This document shows positions 14,301 to 27,479 of a DNA stretch of 64,000 nt, piece by piece (the first letter of the stretch is position 1; every line of letters starts with the position of its first letter). This DNA comes from Trichosphaerium sp. ATCC 40318 (lineage: Eukaryota; Protista; Tubulinea). The position numbers and the translations under genes are program-made. The stretch spans positions 124,001-188,000 of the forward strand of contig JALMLS010000353.1 in NCBI GenBank assembly GCA_038496445.1. The letters are read 5' to 3'. The notes beneath the pieces were generated by a model that was not told the origin of the DNA, made no database searches, and saw only the letters and a list, made by a program, of their open reading frames with translations.

Positions 14301-14590
14301 TTTTTTCCAGCATCTACAAACATCTATTCAGAAATTAGGTTTTTTTGTTTACTTGAAAGTAGGAATCACATATTATACCAAGATACGCTGTGTTTTTTTC
14401 AAAAGGAACCTCAGCAAAGAATAACACACAGCCGTTTCCTCAAAAAGTCTCAACCCATTCAACGCCAAGCAACGTCTCAATACCTCAACAAAATAGACAA
14501 GCACAGTCGCTTCCTCAAAAAGCGTCTATCCATTCAACACCAAGCAACGTATCAGTACCTCAACAAACATCACAACCAGAGTCCCGATGA
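11362..14590 (+). CDS. NHL-repeat beta-propeller fused to a PARP-like ADP-ribosyltransferase catalytic domain
   Basis: NHL repeats (FPRGICIDKKGNIYVADMGNHVIR; FNSPCDV...LYVADRNNDSIRRI); ART motifs LWHGT, GFFGNGIYG, YDCHYV, FDEIVIFE/ESHIIPRY. Confidence 0.8.
14438..14587 (+). repeat. Two-copy ~75-bp tandem duplication in the ART gene tail
   Basis: PQKVSTHSTPSNVSIPQQ versus PQKASIHSTPSNVSVPQQ, with near-identical DNA. Confidence 0.85.
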
Positions 14591-14937
14591 GATAGAAAGG
14601 TTTACTGTTTTTTCGAAAAAAAAACCCTAAAAAAGTTGTTCATGGCATCTGTATCTCCCCTTCTCAATAAACTATGCTATCAAACTAGTCGATAGCCTTA
14701 AACCGCAAAATTTGTCAGATGGTGTTTGGAAACATCTCGAGATGGATTGCTGTTGATTAATTTTATTTTTAATTCTTATTGACTCAAAATGATAAAATCC
14801 TCATGCTAGGGAATTGTTTGTAGTGTAAGAAAATACTACTCCATCTACTATAAAGTAGTCTCAACCAAGACTTGTATCGCTATACTCCAGATGAAACAGC
14901 TATTTGTGATTGATATCTATTGTAATGCTAGTTTTCA

Positions 14938-15358
14938 GAGTACAAGGCATGGCATTCCAATGGACTGTTTGAAGAGCTGAGCATTTACATCAACGGCAAA
15001 ATGGAGGGAGAGTGCAATGAGTGGCACTACAATAACAAACAGCAAGTTGTACAATAGTATTGATGATAAAATAGAAGGTGAGGTCAAGGAATGGTATGCT
15101 CGTAGTCTCTTGAAGACACATTTTAAAACTACGTCAATGAGTTCAACAAGCACTGTTATTACATAAACGGTGATTGAAGGAGAATACAAAGAATGGCTTC
15201 ATAGTGGTCACTTGAAGATACATTGTCGCTATATCAATGGTAAGCTTGAAGGAGAATGTAAGGAATGGAGTCCAGAAAGTATTGATAAAGCAGTGTCTTA
15301 TGCTAAAGGTACACTGGATGGAGAGTTTCAACGGGATAATATTCCGAAATATGTATGA
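14938..15358 (+). pseudogene. Degraded MORN-variant (MORN_2/YwqK-like) repeat gene
   Basis: Repeats EYKAWHSNG...INGKMEGECNEW, DDKIEGEVKEWY, HCYYING and IEGEYKEW...INGKLEGECKEW lie in shifting frames with in-frame stops and no intron-like spacers. Confidence 0.7.
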
Positions 15359-15645
15359 AAGTGCTTTTTATCCACCAGATTTTCCTACTACGCTTTCAAT
15401 AGTAAACAATAATAATAAACAAAATTTGATATTCAGCTTAGACGTGGTCGTCTCTTTAGCCGGCTCAAAAAGTTTTTCAATAATGAAAAACGTTAGCTGT
15501 TTATTTACATCTTTGCACTTTTTTTTCAGTATTGCTTTGTTTTTTGTTAGCCGGCTATATCAAAATCTGCTAAGTTAGGCTTATGGTCAACAGTTTTAAA
15601 AGACTTTCACTAAATTTAAAAAGACTTAGGAGATGAAGATCAGTT

Positions 15646-18600
15646 TTACTTTTTTTTATGTTCATCTTGAAACACAAGTTCTACTGCTTTTATTGGATCT
15701 AGTTCATGATGTCCACGAACAATAGCATTCCAGTTACGTTTAGATGGCTTCCATATAGGCTCTTTGGTTTTATCGTGAAACAACTGAATACCTCTGAACG
15801 AAGCTTGTTAGTTGTTGAGTCCTGACAAGAAAAAAAACAAAAACAATACGAACCTAAACTTTCCGCTTTTCATCATCTCGACTTTCTCTTTTATGAGAGG
15901 ACATGTAGGATCTTTAAGAGCTTCTATAAATGCTGGAAATTTGACAGTTCCTTTGAAAGTACCATGAAGTACTCCAGCAGCCTTATGACACAATAAAGTG
16001 AGTACATATACTTTTTTGAAGAAAAACAGTACCTCGAAGACGTTATCAGTTTGCAAGAAGATGCCACTTAGGTTTCCTGCAGCCTGTTCTTGGTACTTTC
16101 TAATTACAGCAGCAACACCAGAGCTTCTCTTTTCTGTTACAAGACGAACATACTCTAATTTGAGGAACGATACAACACGTTTACTGTCAAAAGGATTTAT
16201 GTATTTACCTTTACAAAAAAAAGTCAGTAAGAAATGCTGATTTAAAAGAAAGTGTACCAGATTCAATGGCTTGTCGTCTGTTTGCATTCTTGTAGTGTTT
16301 AAGATTTTGGATTAAAAGCATACATTTCGATTCTATAGAGTCTATACCAATATCTTTCAAGCACGTGACCGGTGTGGCTTTGGGTAACATGATCGCTTTG
16401 AATTTCTAAACAAAAGTAAATCAAAAACTTCATCAAGCAGCTGTAAATGCTCGTTTTGTGTACCATCAGTGGTATCAGGCATAGCTTCCATGTTTGTTCA
16501 AGATCGTTGATGTACTCCTTAATAACCGCATTTTCTTGAAGCGTTCCGTCATACTCTTCAGGTGAAGGTACAATAATTGCCGGCTCGCCATCAGCAGCTG
16601 TTGACTCCGAAACTGCTTCCTCTTTAGTTTCCTTTTTAATATCTTCAAGCCCTTCCACAGTGCCATGCATTGCTTTCAATAAAGTGATCATATTTACGGC
16701 ATATAAGCTGCTTGACCTAGTACCCTGGATAGTAGCTGTTAGACCAAGTAAATTACAGAATAAAGAAAAGTACTTCTTTCGCTTTCTGCTTCTGTTGATT
16801 ATCTACAACTTGCACGTGCGGTGTTACATATTTATCAATATCTACATTGAGTACTTTGAAAACGATATCATCTTTATCAGCTTCTGTGAGGTTCTTACTA
16901 AGAGAAGAATATGAATAACAATTAAGTCACAAATGTTAAGTGCAGCGTACTATTTCCAAGGCTGTCTTCTTCTTAGTTCCTCTTCAGCTAGTTTTTGGAA
17001 GAAAGAGTCAATATTCTCTGGAGCTACAGTAACATCTCCTTCATTTATTGCACATAGAAGTTGACCAAGGAAAACATCATTGTTCGCGATAATATCAACA
17101 GTTCTGTTAAGTGGGCTTAATAAATATTCCTTAAACTTCGGAGCAATCTGAAGAACTCATAAGCCATACTATTAAAAAGGTATTATTCTACTTACATCTT
17201 GAGCAAGTTTAGCTTCCTTGTAAATAGCAATACATGTGTCCAAGACAAGTTTGTACTGAAGCTTGCGATAATCACTGGAAAAAATGTGGTTAGCTAAAAA
17301 CTATGCAATTGTTCTAACCTTGTTAAGTCTCCTCTGATTAATTTTGCAAGTACGAGGAATGGTACAGTTGTAAATTGAGCATAAGCATAACCAAGAACAT
17401 CCAGAGTACAAGTCCACCCCATAATCGCTTTCATACGTCTCTTTGAAATCTCCCAATGTTCAGGGCAGATGTACAAAGGCATACAACCTAATCTCGTGTA
17501 AGTTACAACACCTCAATTTTGCCTTGTACCTGAGATAGGTTCTCTAGCTTGTCCCACAATCAATGATCCCTGAGCGCCTTTGTTGAATCCACCATGTGAG
17601 TTTTCACCACCCTACAATAGCATAAATGAAGAAGCCAATAATAGCATGACAAGCGATGTTTGAAAAGAAAAAGTTTGTACTTTTGTTTCAACTGCATAGA
17701 GCACACTGTCCAAAAAAGCTTCAGCAGTAACATAACTCTGATTGATTTCTTTAATAAGAACTTGAGATGGATCAGCAATAGCAGCTTCAGAACGTGAAAT
17801 ATCAAGTGTCAAACAAAAGCAATCTTCATCTTCCATTGCTTCAATCCAATTATTCGTAGTAAGGATGCAGTGACCGAACTTCTCAGCTTCTTCACCTACT
17901 CAAGCGTCAATATTAATAGCGTAGCTACCACATTTTAGAGGTTCTTGGTACAAAGCATACCGTGCTCTTTCTTAATCTTAGCAAAGTCGATTTTCTCAAC
18001 CATACTTGTGATTTCATCGTCGAGTATATCAAACATATCAACGTTTTTAGTGATACGCTGATCCAATTTTTTCTGCAATCCACGCTTTGTTATACCTAAT
18101 AATAAGAATATGAATACCAATCGAAACCAGGTCACTGTCCGAAATAGAAAAACACTGAAACAGTACCTTTGTATGCCATCGAATTTAGACTCGCAATCTT
18201 GTCGTTTGTTAGGCTGTTTGATTTGGCATCAGCCAAGAGCTCATGGAACTTTGCAGTAAGCTCTGAAGATTTGTTAGACTTAGAAGTTTGTCACGTGCTT
18301 TTAAAAAGTTTACATACCTTTGATTTCAATACAAAGTGGAAAGAACTCTTTCTTTTGTCTTCTCTTTAGCTTCAAAATTTCCTTCATTAGCTCATCTATT
18401 TTAGCATCATGTGCGACAACTTTAAGCCGAGCTGTCTCCAGAACATCTTTACCAACGCCTCTCTCAGTGATTACTTGAGATAATTTAAGGATATCGGAAC
18501 GAATGAAAGAAGTAGTCATCTCAACTCTGCAAAAAGAAGAAAAACGTCAGAAGCGACACAACATAATAAAAACCACTTTGTTTGACGTACTTATCCCTCG

Positions 18601-20802
18601 GATTGAGATCTGTTATTTGTCTTGGAACCAAGGTGATATCAAATACTTGACCTCCAATAGATACAGAAAGCATCAAACTGCCGCTACTATAGTCGGCATT
18701 CTTGACAAAAACTGTAGCTTTATGGGTACAGTCTGATGTTTCAATAAGAAACACTTTGTACTCAGTATTGTTCGCCTTAAGTTTTGCGGCAACGCATGCT
18801 CCTCCAAGAAGCTCACCAATGGTGTCTAATTATGTGTTATCACTCTAATCACAACGCAATAAACTGTAAAGTCAAACAAAACTTACCCATTGCGCCACCA
18901 ATATCTGAAGCACTTTTGACGTATTGAAATGTACCTTGGTTAGTACCCATTTGAGACAACTAAAACCCAAACGTCAGCTATCACGTCTCACAAAGAAAAT
19001 AGTTTAAAAAACTGTCTACCTTATTAAGAAGTGTGGCATCATGTCCTCCAGTAAATCCAATTGTATGAACCTCTGTTGATGAAGTCTCGTTTTCTAGCAC
19101 AACTTTCAAAGCAGGTATTGCTTCTTTCAGGTTTCTTGAACCATTATCAAGACCATCAGTAAAGAAAACAACACAAACATCTTCAGAAACACCAGCTGAT
19201 TTACCTTAAAAGATGTCAAACTTAAAAACTAACAAAATTACACTTCTTGCAAGTTGTATTTATCTTACCGTTCATAATAGCTTTTTTAATGTTCACAAAA
19301 GATGCTTCAAAGTTTGTACAACTGTCTGCTCGTATTCCAGATACTGTTGATGTGCATTCACTAAGAGGTTTTCCTTGTAGTGGGTACAGATCGGAAGTGG
19401 TACAGAAATTTATGAAAGATATGTTGGTGTTTCCAATTTCATGAAGCATGTTGATAAGATTATTAATTGCCTAGAAACAGAACAAGTCAGTATCTGAAAG
19501 ATCAGAAAAAACCGAATACAAGTCAGATAAGGTTAGAAAGATGTTTAACAAAACAATTTGTGAAAAAAAAAAACCAGAGTGGTACATACTTGTTTAGCCG
19601 TATTTATTGCTGATCCTGCCATAGATCCACTATTATCTAGAACGATGATCATATGCTTATTACTACCTTCAATATTATCCATGCCCTGTTCAGTATGAGG
19701 ACAAAGAAATAAACGCAAATGTTGAGTTACCTTGACATTTACATCGATATTTAAAGCTGTCAATCCTTCATCGAACGCATAACTTGTAGAAGACGCTGTC
19801 ACACCCAGTTCCTCAGGCACACCTAAATGCACTCTTTCAGACGTATATTTATTAAATATTTAACTTACCTGTGAGAGGCAGATCGTGAAGAACATCAAAA
19901 GGAGTGTCATCTTTTCTCGTAATAATAGAGATTTTATCTACAAGAAATTCAATCTTTGAAAACTTTGATCCGAATTCATTCGCTGTTGCTTCAACAATAC
20001 TCTAAGATGGCTGGTCAATAAAAAGAAATATGTATATTAAATCAAGCCACTTACTGATGAGAATTGACCTACTGTCAGATGAGGATGAAACCCATCATCG
20101 CTTCTTGTTGACAAATCGTTACAAAAAGGAACAACCTTCTCCAACTTTGATTGAAGTTTGATCAGCGCATTCTTAGGCTAAAAAATATGAGCACAAAACC
20201 CACTTGATGCTCAACAAAAGAGGGCGAAATAGAATTTCAATTGTAATCCACAGCGTCAGGTATCTTGCCAACCCATCCAACCGTGGGGTCTGAAATGGTT
20301 TGTTTTAAAAAACTTTGAAGTTACCTTTGTTTCTGGTTTCAGCCACAGTGTACACTTTTTACCGTGATTGAAGAAGCTAAAACTCCTGAACGTTAAAGTA
20401 AACGGTGTTATCGTCGCAGTAACTTGTTTCAGCTTTTCTTTAACCAAATCAATTTCTACGGTGTGTAAGCGCATCAATCAGTTGATTCATAGTGAAAGAA
20501 AATCGTTTTGAGGCGATTATGGCTATAATTGTATTATTAGAGTTTGTACCGTTTTCTGGGAGGAAAGGATACAGTAAATTGATATGAGGCATCCATCTCT
20601 CGTATGCTTTGTCATGTTTTTCACGAATTTCGTTAATTTGACCCCAAAACTCTTTAGGAGGTATCTAAACGAATGTAAACGGCGATGTACACTTTTTTAT
20701 TCTTATTACCAATGCTACAGCGCTCTTGACCACTTTATCGCCAGATACTTGCGCAACAACCTCTGTTGTGGTAGTATCAGACTTTTTGACAGGCTCTGCC
20801 AT
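15646..20802 (-). CDS. 2H-phosphoesterase (LigT-like) + von Willebrand A domain + long uncharacterised C-terminal region
   Basis: 2H motifs WMPHINLLYPF and FHPHLTVGQF; vWA MIDAS residues DNSGSM, TNFEA and FFTDG; many GT-AG introns. Confidence 0.8.
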
Positions 20803-21450
20803 GCTTTTGATACACTTCTAATTATAACTGGTAAACCAAAGCGTCAGTGACGATTCCGGTAATTTTCCCTAAATAATGTAAAACGGAAAATCTACAAGTT
20901 TTTAAAATCCCACAATGTATAGACAGTGTTTTCTCACAAATACACCGTCCGGCAATCAGATTTCCCTTTTTACCTAAATAAGCTTATCCCTAGTTCTTTT
21001 AATGCTTAATCTAGTACAATCAATACTATAGCACGCCATTACATTTCGAGATTTCGGTTTTCCCGCTGTTGTCGTTTCTTTGAACTCAGCTTCCAAATAA
21101 ATTGAAAGTTCGTGCCAAATGAACAAATGTCACTTTTAGGTTACAGCTAACAAATTGCTCTTGACGTTTGTCCAACAAACCTCTTCAAGCGCACTGAACG
21201 AATTGTAAAAATGCACCATCTTTTGCTCCCTGCTAGAGTGTGCGGTGATTGCTATACTTGATGGTCTGAACTTATACTACTTGCCGTTTCATACACCAAC
21301 CAATGCGTGAGAAAACTTGCTCGTTGAATGGTTGTCACTTTTGTGTATTGTTAGGTATCCATTGAAAATAGATGAATTCGTACAAACAAAAAGAAACCGG
21401 CGAAAACTCACCCACTTTTACCAAGCTCAACAACAGTAGCTGCACTAACC

Positions 21451-22992
21451 ATGAATGTGTCAATAATTGGAGCTGGGGAGTTTGGCCTTACAACAGCGAT
21501 TGAATTGCGCTCAAGAGGTAAAACAGTGCCATGAGCATTAAATGACACTCTTAGGATACAACGTACGTGTTTACGAGCGTGATAGCGTGCCTTCTATCCA
21601 CGCGTCTTCAAACGATGTGTCAAAGGTAATTTACCCGCTCTTGTACAACGCAGTTAACGCTATTTAAGATTGTACGCATGGATTATGGAGAAAATGAGGT
21701 GTACTCCAAACTAGCGGAAGAAGCAATAAAACGATGGTAAAACAGTACAATTAGTTGGCAAGTGTTGTATCTAAGGTTGGTATAGGCGTAAATGGAATGG
21801 TTTCTGGAGTAGAAATTTATTTCACGAAACTGGCGTTTTAGCGCTTGTGAGTAACCCTATGGCTTGTGACTGTTTTGAGAAGCAGTCGTACGATGCTTTG
21901 GAACATAAAGGATGCGTTGAGCGTTTAAATGGGCACGTGATCTCACTAAAACAAAGTGATGATTTAGAAAAGTTTTTCATTTGTTATATTACGTTTACAC
22001 CACCCAGGGAAGCTATTCGTAAGAGATTTCCTATATGGACAGATGGTAATTTTAAAGACGGGTATTTTAACTCTCAAGCTGGTTGGGTTGAAAGTGGTGA
22101 AGTACGCCTGTATTTGTTCCAAAGTGAATCATTCTGAAAAACTTTTTACAAACTCTTGATAGGTTCTACGATTTTTAAGTACAATAGCAAGACGTATGGG
22201 CGTTAAAATACACGAAAATTGTGCTGCTGAGTCTCTCATTATACAAGGGAATAAGCTAGTGGGATTTGAAACTGTGAATGGGCAGAAAATAGCTTGGTAC
22301 GTAACAATCAAAAATTTTTATGAACGTTTTGATGCTTATGTCTTTTTAGCGATAACTTGATTGTTGCTGCTGGAGCTTGGTCACCAAAGCTTGTACCACA
22401 ACTGAGACCATATATGAAGGCTACAGGACAACCTGTAATCCACCTCAAGCTCCCAGACCCACATAACTTTACAAGCGATAAATTTCCTGTTTTTTTCGCT
22501 GATATCATCGATACAGGCTTTTATGGGTTTCCAGTAACAAAAGGTAACATCTTAAAGATTGGTAATCATGGTAAAGGATTCAAGTATAACTACGGAGATC
22601 CTTTAAGAGTAACACCAGAGATGAAGCGTATGTTTTCTATGTTTATCAAAAAACGTCTACCTTGGTTATCTGAGGTAGAAGCTGATTATAGACTATGTCT
22701 TTATTGTGACTCATGGGATTCAAATTTCTATATTGATAGAGTTCCAGGCATCAACGGACTTATGGTTGCTTGTGGAGGTATGACACGGATTGATTTAGGT
22801 GTTATTAAGTTTGGTTAACTTGTTTTCTGTTTAGGAAGTGGACATGGGTTCAAGTTTGCTCCTTGTATGGGTGAGATCATTGCTGATATTTATGAAAAAA
22901 AGAAGACTAAATATGCGCAACTATTCAAGTGGCGCGAAGGCTCATTCCTAAAAGAGACTGGTCTAGCACCAGCTGTAGTTTCTCGGTTGTAA
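21451..22992 (+). CDS. FAD-dependent oxidoreductase, sarcosine/pipecolate/fructosyl-amine oxidase family
   Basis: IIGAGEFG Rossmann motif, ASSNDVSKIVRMDY, IVAAGAWS, GFYGFP, LCLYCDSWDSNFYID, GGSGHGFKFAP. Confidence 0.9.
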
Positions 22993-23527
22993 AACACCAA
23001 TTGCAAGAAACAATTATAAAAATAAACGTGTTAACTCTTCCCAAAGTATTGTTTTACCTTGCCACGAAAGAAGTGTCATGCTTATAAGTAAAAAAGTAGT
23101 CCATGTGATTTGACTTGAACAACACTATTCACAATAGAACTTCATTTCCTACTAAATAAAAGCTAAAAAAAACAAGGCTATTGTTCCGAAGTATTACAGT
23201 AGGACTAGCGCCATGTCCATCAAAAAAAGAATCACCGTTGTAGAAAAAGTGAAAGCCGTTGTACACAGAATCTTGTATAATTCCATCCGTCATTGCTGAC
23301 TTCAAGAGGTACATTTTTCAGTGACCGTCATTAAAAACAAGCTCATAGTAAGGCCAGTTGTTAAAACATTGGGCGATACCTTAGTTTCTACCACTAGTAA
23401 CTTAAAATTCGTTTGTACTTGTTGGTTTGTGTCTTAGCCTTCGTGACATTTGTTGAATAACTTTGTGCATTCATATTTATAATTCATCCATTTTGCAACA
23501 TCATTAGCGTACTAATCTTTCTTTTAT

Positions 23528-24700
23528 TTAGTTCGGATGAGGTGAAAACAAATCAAAATATCCTTTATCGCTCATAAAGGAGATAGCTTGTTTCCATGTC
23601 ATTTTAATCTTTTCTGATTCTGAAGAAATATCGCTATCACTGTTTTCTGAAAAGCTGTCCTGAGTTGCAGCCTTAATCATAGCTAGTTGAAAATCTTCAA
23701 GCTCTGCAGCACGCTTTATAGTTTCTACTGAATATGCAGGTTTTCCTTTGTTGCTTGCAACAAGTTTACGCTTAGGGCTTGAAGGTCCTCGCGAATTCTG
23801 CTGTTAGAGTCAAAAAAAATTAACATGTCGACTTCCTTACTGAAACGCACCTTTATTTTGACAAATTCTGGAGCAGTACCGCATGCAGTAAGTAGATGAG
23901 ACATCCACAAATCTCTAGTAGCTATAATAGTGTTAAATGTAGCGCCAGGAGAGACTACGGAAAGGAAGAAAAAAAAGAAAAAGTTTTTTGCTGCAGTAAA
24001 TTATGAGCACGTGCGTTGATCATTTGAAGCTAGATTAAGAACTACTTTTCCCTTATTTATCACTTTGAACCCATAAACATTTGTCTTAGCGTTGGTATCA
24101 TTCTCTTCCTTTATTTCAACTTTTCCATTCAACCTAAAAGAATCCACGTGTTTATTACCCTACCAGCACAACTCAGCGAATACTCTGTTGTTTGGTGCGT
24201 ATTATACCTGTTCATCTCTATAATAACTCAAAGTTGCTCCTTTAAGTACAAAGAAGCGTCTGCTGAGCGATCCTTGCGTATACGTGTAAGCCAAGTAGCT
24301 TTAAATAATTTTGTTTATTCGTTAGATACCGAAAACTGCCCTTCGCGATTTCTTAAATAGCCAACCCTGGTACGTTATATTTTCGCTGCTACTTCTCATA
24401 AACTGTAATTTTACGTCAGTTAAGCCAATGCTTATCGACACCACACTTTTGTTGACGTCAACCCGTCGTGGTAAACACCAAAAAGCCACCAGGGAATTTA
24501 TGAGGTTTTTTATTGTATACACGTGCATAGTGTACTTTGTCAGTATGTCCTCTAAATCACTCACCTCCAATTGTGATAGCTCGCGAGTTAGTAACTAGTA
24601 GTACTTAAACATTGTACCGAGGTCAGTTATAGTGTTGTCCAATAGATCTTCTACGGAAATACATTGTACCTTGGACTAAAGCGCAATAAGTCAAAATTAC
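23528..24700 (-). CDS. PH-domain protein (5' end uncertain)
   Basis: Spliced YQGWLFKKSRRAVFGSLSRRFFVLKGATLSYYRDE...YGFKVINKGKVVLNLASND...RDLWMSHL. Confidence 0.75.
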
Positions 24701-24992
24701 AGTTTTATGTACTATGAGCAACCAGTTGCATGAAATTGGTGGGTGCCGTTGGCAGTCTCAAGCTTCAGTTGGGACTCACACTGAACTTGTAGCTCTGGAT
24801 GACTTTTACGAGAACTCAAGCAGCGAAAATAGTAGATCAGTAAAGAGTTACAATGCAAAACAAATGGATCCAAGTCGATCCTATCAAGGGAAGTGTTTTG
24901 GAAATCTGGATAGTCAAAGGTGCTTAATACAACAACCACTTTTAAGTGTAGTCAAAATACATCACGTGGACTTAGTTATCTTAAACCAACAA

Positions 24993-25934
24993 ATGGCAAG
25001 CAGCAAGAAGGAGGTCTACAAAACGCCACTTGGTAATACGATAGCACCAACAAGTATTTTAACAATATACGATGACAACATAAACGAAATAGTTACACAT
25101 TCGCTTTATTCTGACTTCAGGATCGTAGTAAACTTACAAATCACGTGTAAATCTCTTCATCAACGCATAAGAAATATGCCAGCAGCATCAACTCTTATTC
25201 TTAAAGAAGTAGCAATACTACAGATATTCTGCTTATCAGCAGACATTAAAAAAATACTGATTCAAAATGTGCTTCAAAATAAAGTCAAGACACTGACAGT
25301 AGAACCAACAATGGGCGCACTTCTTTCCTATGACACTCTATGGGCATTTTTTAAAGATAATGTGCCAGAGTATTGTGATATTCTGGGTACAGCAAGCCTC
25401 GAATGCCAGTTTTCCACAACTGAAGAAAATTGTGGACAAACAGCTACAATGGTTGATGATTATTTAAACATGTTCACGTGTCAGGTATGTGCCTCCATCT
25501 GTGGTTCAAATCTCAACTTCAAAAATCTTGAATGCTGTAACAAGACTTGTTGTTATGAGCCCGAAGAAGAAGAATATAGATTTTATCGTACAGTCCGTGG
25601 TAAGGTCTATTGCGGAGAATGCTCTTATGATGAACAAAAGCTATTGGAAGTAATCAAAAAAATACGATTAATGTCTTTAAAGTCGAAGTGCATATTATCA
25701 CGTGATAAATATGCTTTTATCAAAAGTACAAGGAAAGCACAGACAGTGGAGTTAGATTTTATTTTAGAATTACATCAAACGGAAAAAGCAAGCAAGGCAA
25801 CATTTGTTTCACCACTTCGAAAAAGATATTACAAGTATAGAGAATACATAGAAAGTATTAAAGCTGAAAACACTTTAGTTTACAATCTGGGTGATGTAAT
25901 TTCGTGGAAGATATTTCTGGTAGTTTTAGAGTGA
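24993..25934 (+). CDS. Intronless protein with a degenerate F-box-like N-terminus and a Cys-rich putative Zn-binding region
   Basis: 313-codon ORF from MASSKK; ILTIYDDNINEIV...NLQITCKSLH resembles an F-box; Cys cluster CQVC..IC...CCNKTCC...CGEC. Confidence 0.6.
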   Translation: MASSKKEVYKTPLGNTIAPTSILTIYDDNINEIVTHSLYSDFRIVVNLQITCKSLHQRIRNMPAASTLILKEVAILQIFCLSADIKKILIQNVLQNKVKTLTVEPTMGALLSYDTLWAFFKDNVPEYCDILGTASLECQFSTTEENCGQTATMVDDYLNMFTCQVCASICGSNLNFKNLECCNKTCCYEPEEEEYRFYRTVRGKVYCGECSYDEQKLLEVIKKIRLMSLKSKCILSRDKYAFIKSTRKAQTVELDFILELHQTEKASKATFVSPLRKRYYKYREYIESIKAENTLVYNLGDVISWKIFLVVLE

Positions 25935-26187
25935 TTAATTTTGAGATAAAAAGCCAATTTGTTAAGCTAGTGTTATCCATAACTGATACACAATAAAGGA
26001 ATTAATCTGTATTTATGTTATATTTTTACCACAAGATCATAATATTTGAAAAAATCACAAAGGACTTGCTCATAATATTAAATCAAAACTTGTAGAAATA
26101 AATTATTGCTATTTGAACTGACTCTTGACATTATTGTTGGAACTGCCGTCTGCCTGGTCAGAATATATGGTTGTCACGTGACTTGTA

Positions 26188-27479
26188 CTATTCTTGAAAA
26201 TTTTGTGGGAACAGCAACTGACGTGGTAATTGGCAATGGGAAATTCTGACCTTTAGTTCATGGTTAGTAAGCGTACAAGAATTCTTAAAGTGATAGTTAC
26301 CTTGTAAAATTTTGATGATCTAAGGCATCTATCGCGCCAGTAAGGGTTACCAGCTAGTTTGAAGCCACCAGATTCACTAAACATTGACATGAGTACAAAG
26401 GGAATAGTCTATTTAAGACAATCCAAACATACTGGCCTTGTAATGGATACGTTGTCAGTTTACTGTATTTTTCCATTTTAACAGATTTTTTGAGCTTGCC
26501 ATCAATGCTGAAAGTAACACTTGTGTTATCAAGTTGAATTACTAAGTTGGTAACTGCAATACAAATGTACATTAGCTTCCAGTTCACTTTTATTCCTTGT
26601 ACCTTTGTTTAACTGTATGGCATCCACAATTTTTGGTTCTACATGGCCATTACTATTGCTTACCATAAGCGCCTACAGTGAACCTCAATACTCAATTCGG
26701 CGCCTAACTGGCTTTGTAAACATACAGTTTCATATCGAGACATTCTTATCTCCCAGCCAGCGCCATATCCATGGTGAGATAAAACTGGGTTCATGTACAA
26801 ATAGCTGGTGTTGTTGTTGTTCATCTTATGTACGTTAAAAATAACCTACAAATGCGTAAGTAAGATAGAAGCCATTATCGCCAATCTCAGACGTACCTCA
26901 ATTGTCATACAACGTGATACTTTTAAGTATTCTGTTGTAGGTGTTGACCAGAAACCGAGGTCGTCTTTGAACAATGTATGACCTTTTCCTGTTTCATCTT
27001 GGCACAGCTCACTGCCTTTAAGAAAAAAACGATGGTCACGTGACTTGCATTCAGACAGACTTAATGAGGTACCTTCTTTGAATATCCACTGAGCAGAGAC
27101 TTTGCATGTGTAAACAAAATAAGCGTTTATATGCGATACAAAGGCCTTAGACTCCTCGAAATCAAAGTACTGTTCCCGACCAAAAAGGTTTATAGATAAT
27201 TGACGTGTTATTCCCTTGAATGCTATCAGTTGAACTTAGTTTCGTAGTGAATGTACGTTAGAAATATCCAGGAACGCCTTAGAGACCAAGCTTAACGATT
27301 TTAGCTCCGCAGTTTCGTTTTTACTCGCAATCATCCATAACACCTGTAAAAACGTCATTGATACATAGAATACATTGTATTGTTACCTCAGCGGGAAGAT
27401 TGACTGTGTTTTCACCAGTTTCATCGCCACTGCGTTGCTCACTGTATTTGGCCTTTGTTTTAGTTGCTCCTACGCCCAT
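26188..27479 (-). CDS. F-box + LamG-like jellyroll protein with possible N-myristoylation
   Basis: MGVGAT start; F-box VNLPAEVLWMIAS...LKSLSLVSKAF; LamG-like WIFKEGKGSELCQDETGKGH, MTIEV, VTFSIDG and VRIS. Confidence 0.7.

Noticed and set aside
21059-21066. E2F-consensus TTTCCCGC in a divergent promoter
   Set aside because: A single 8-mer can occur by chance, and the flanking genes are not typical E2F targets.
24714-24992. 5' extension of the 406-aa ORF, suggesting overlapping genes
   Set aside because: It overlaps the probable 5' region of the PH gene; the ATG at 24993 is the more plausible start.
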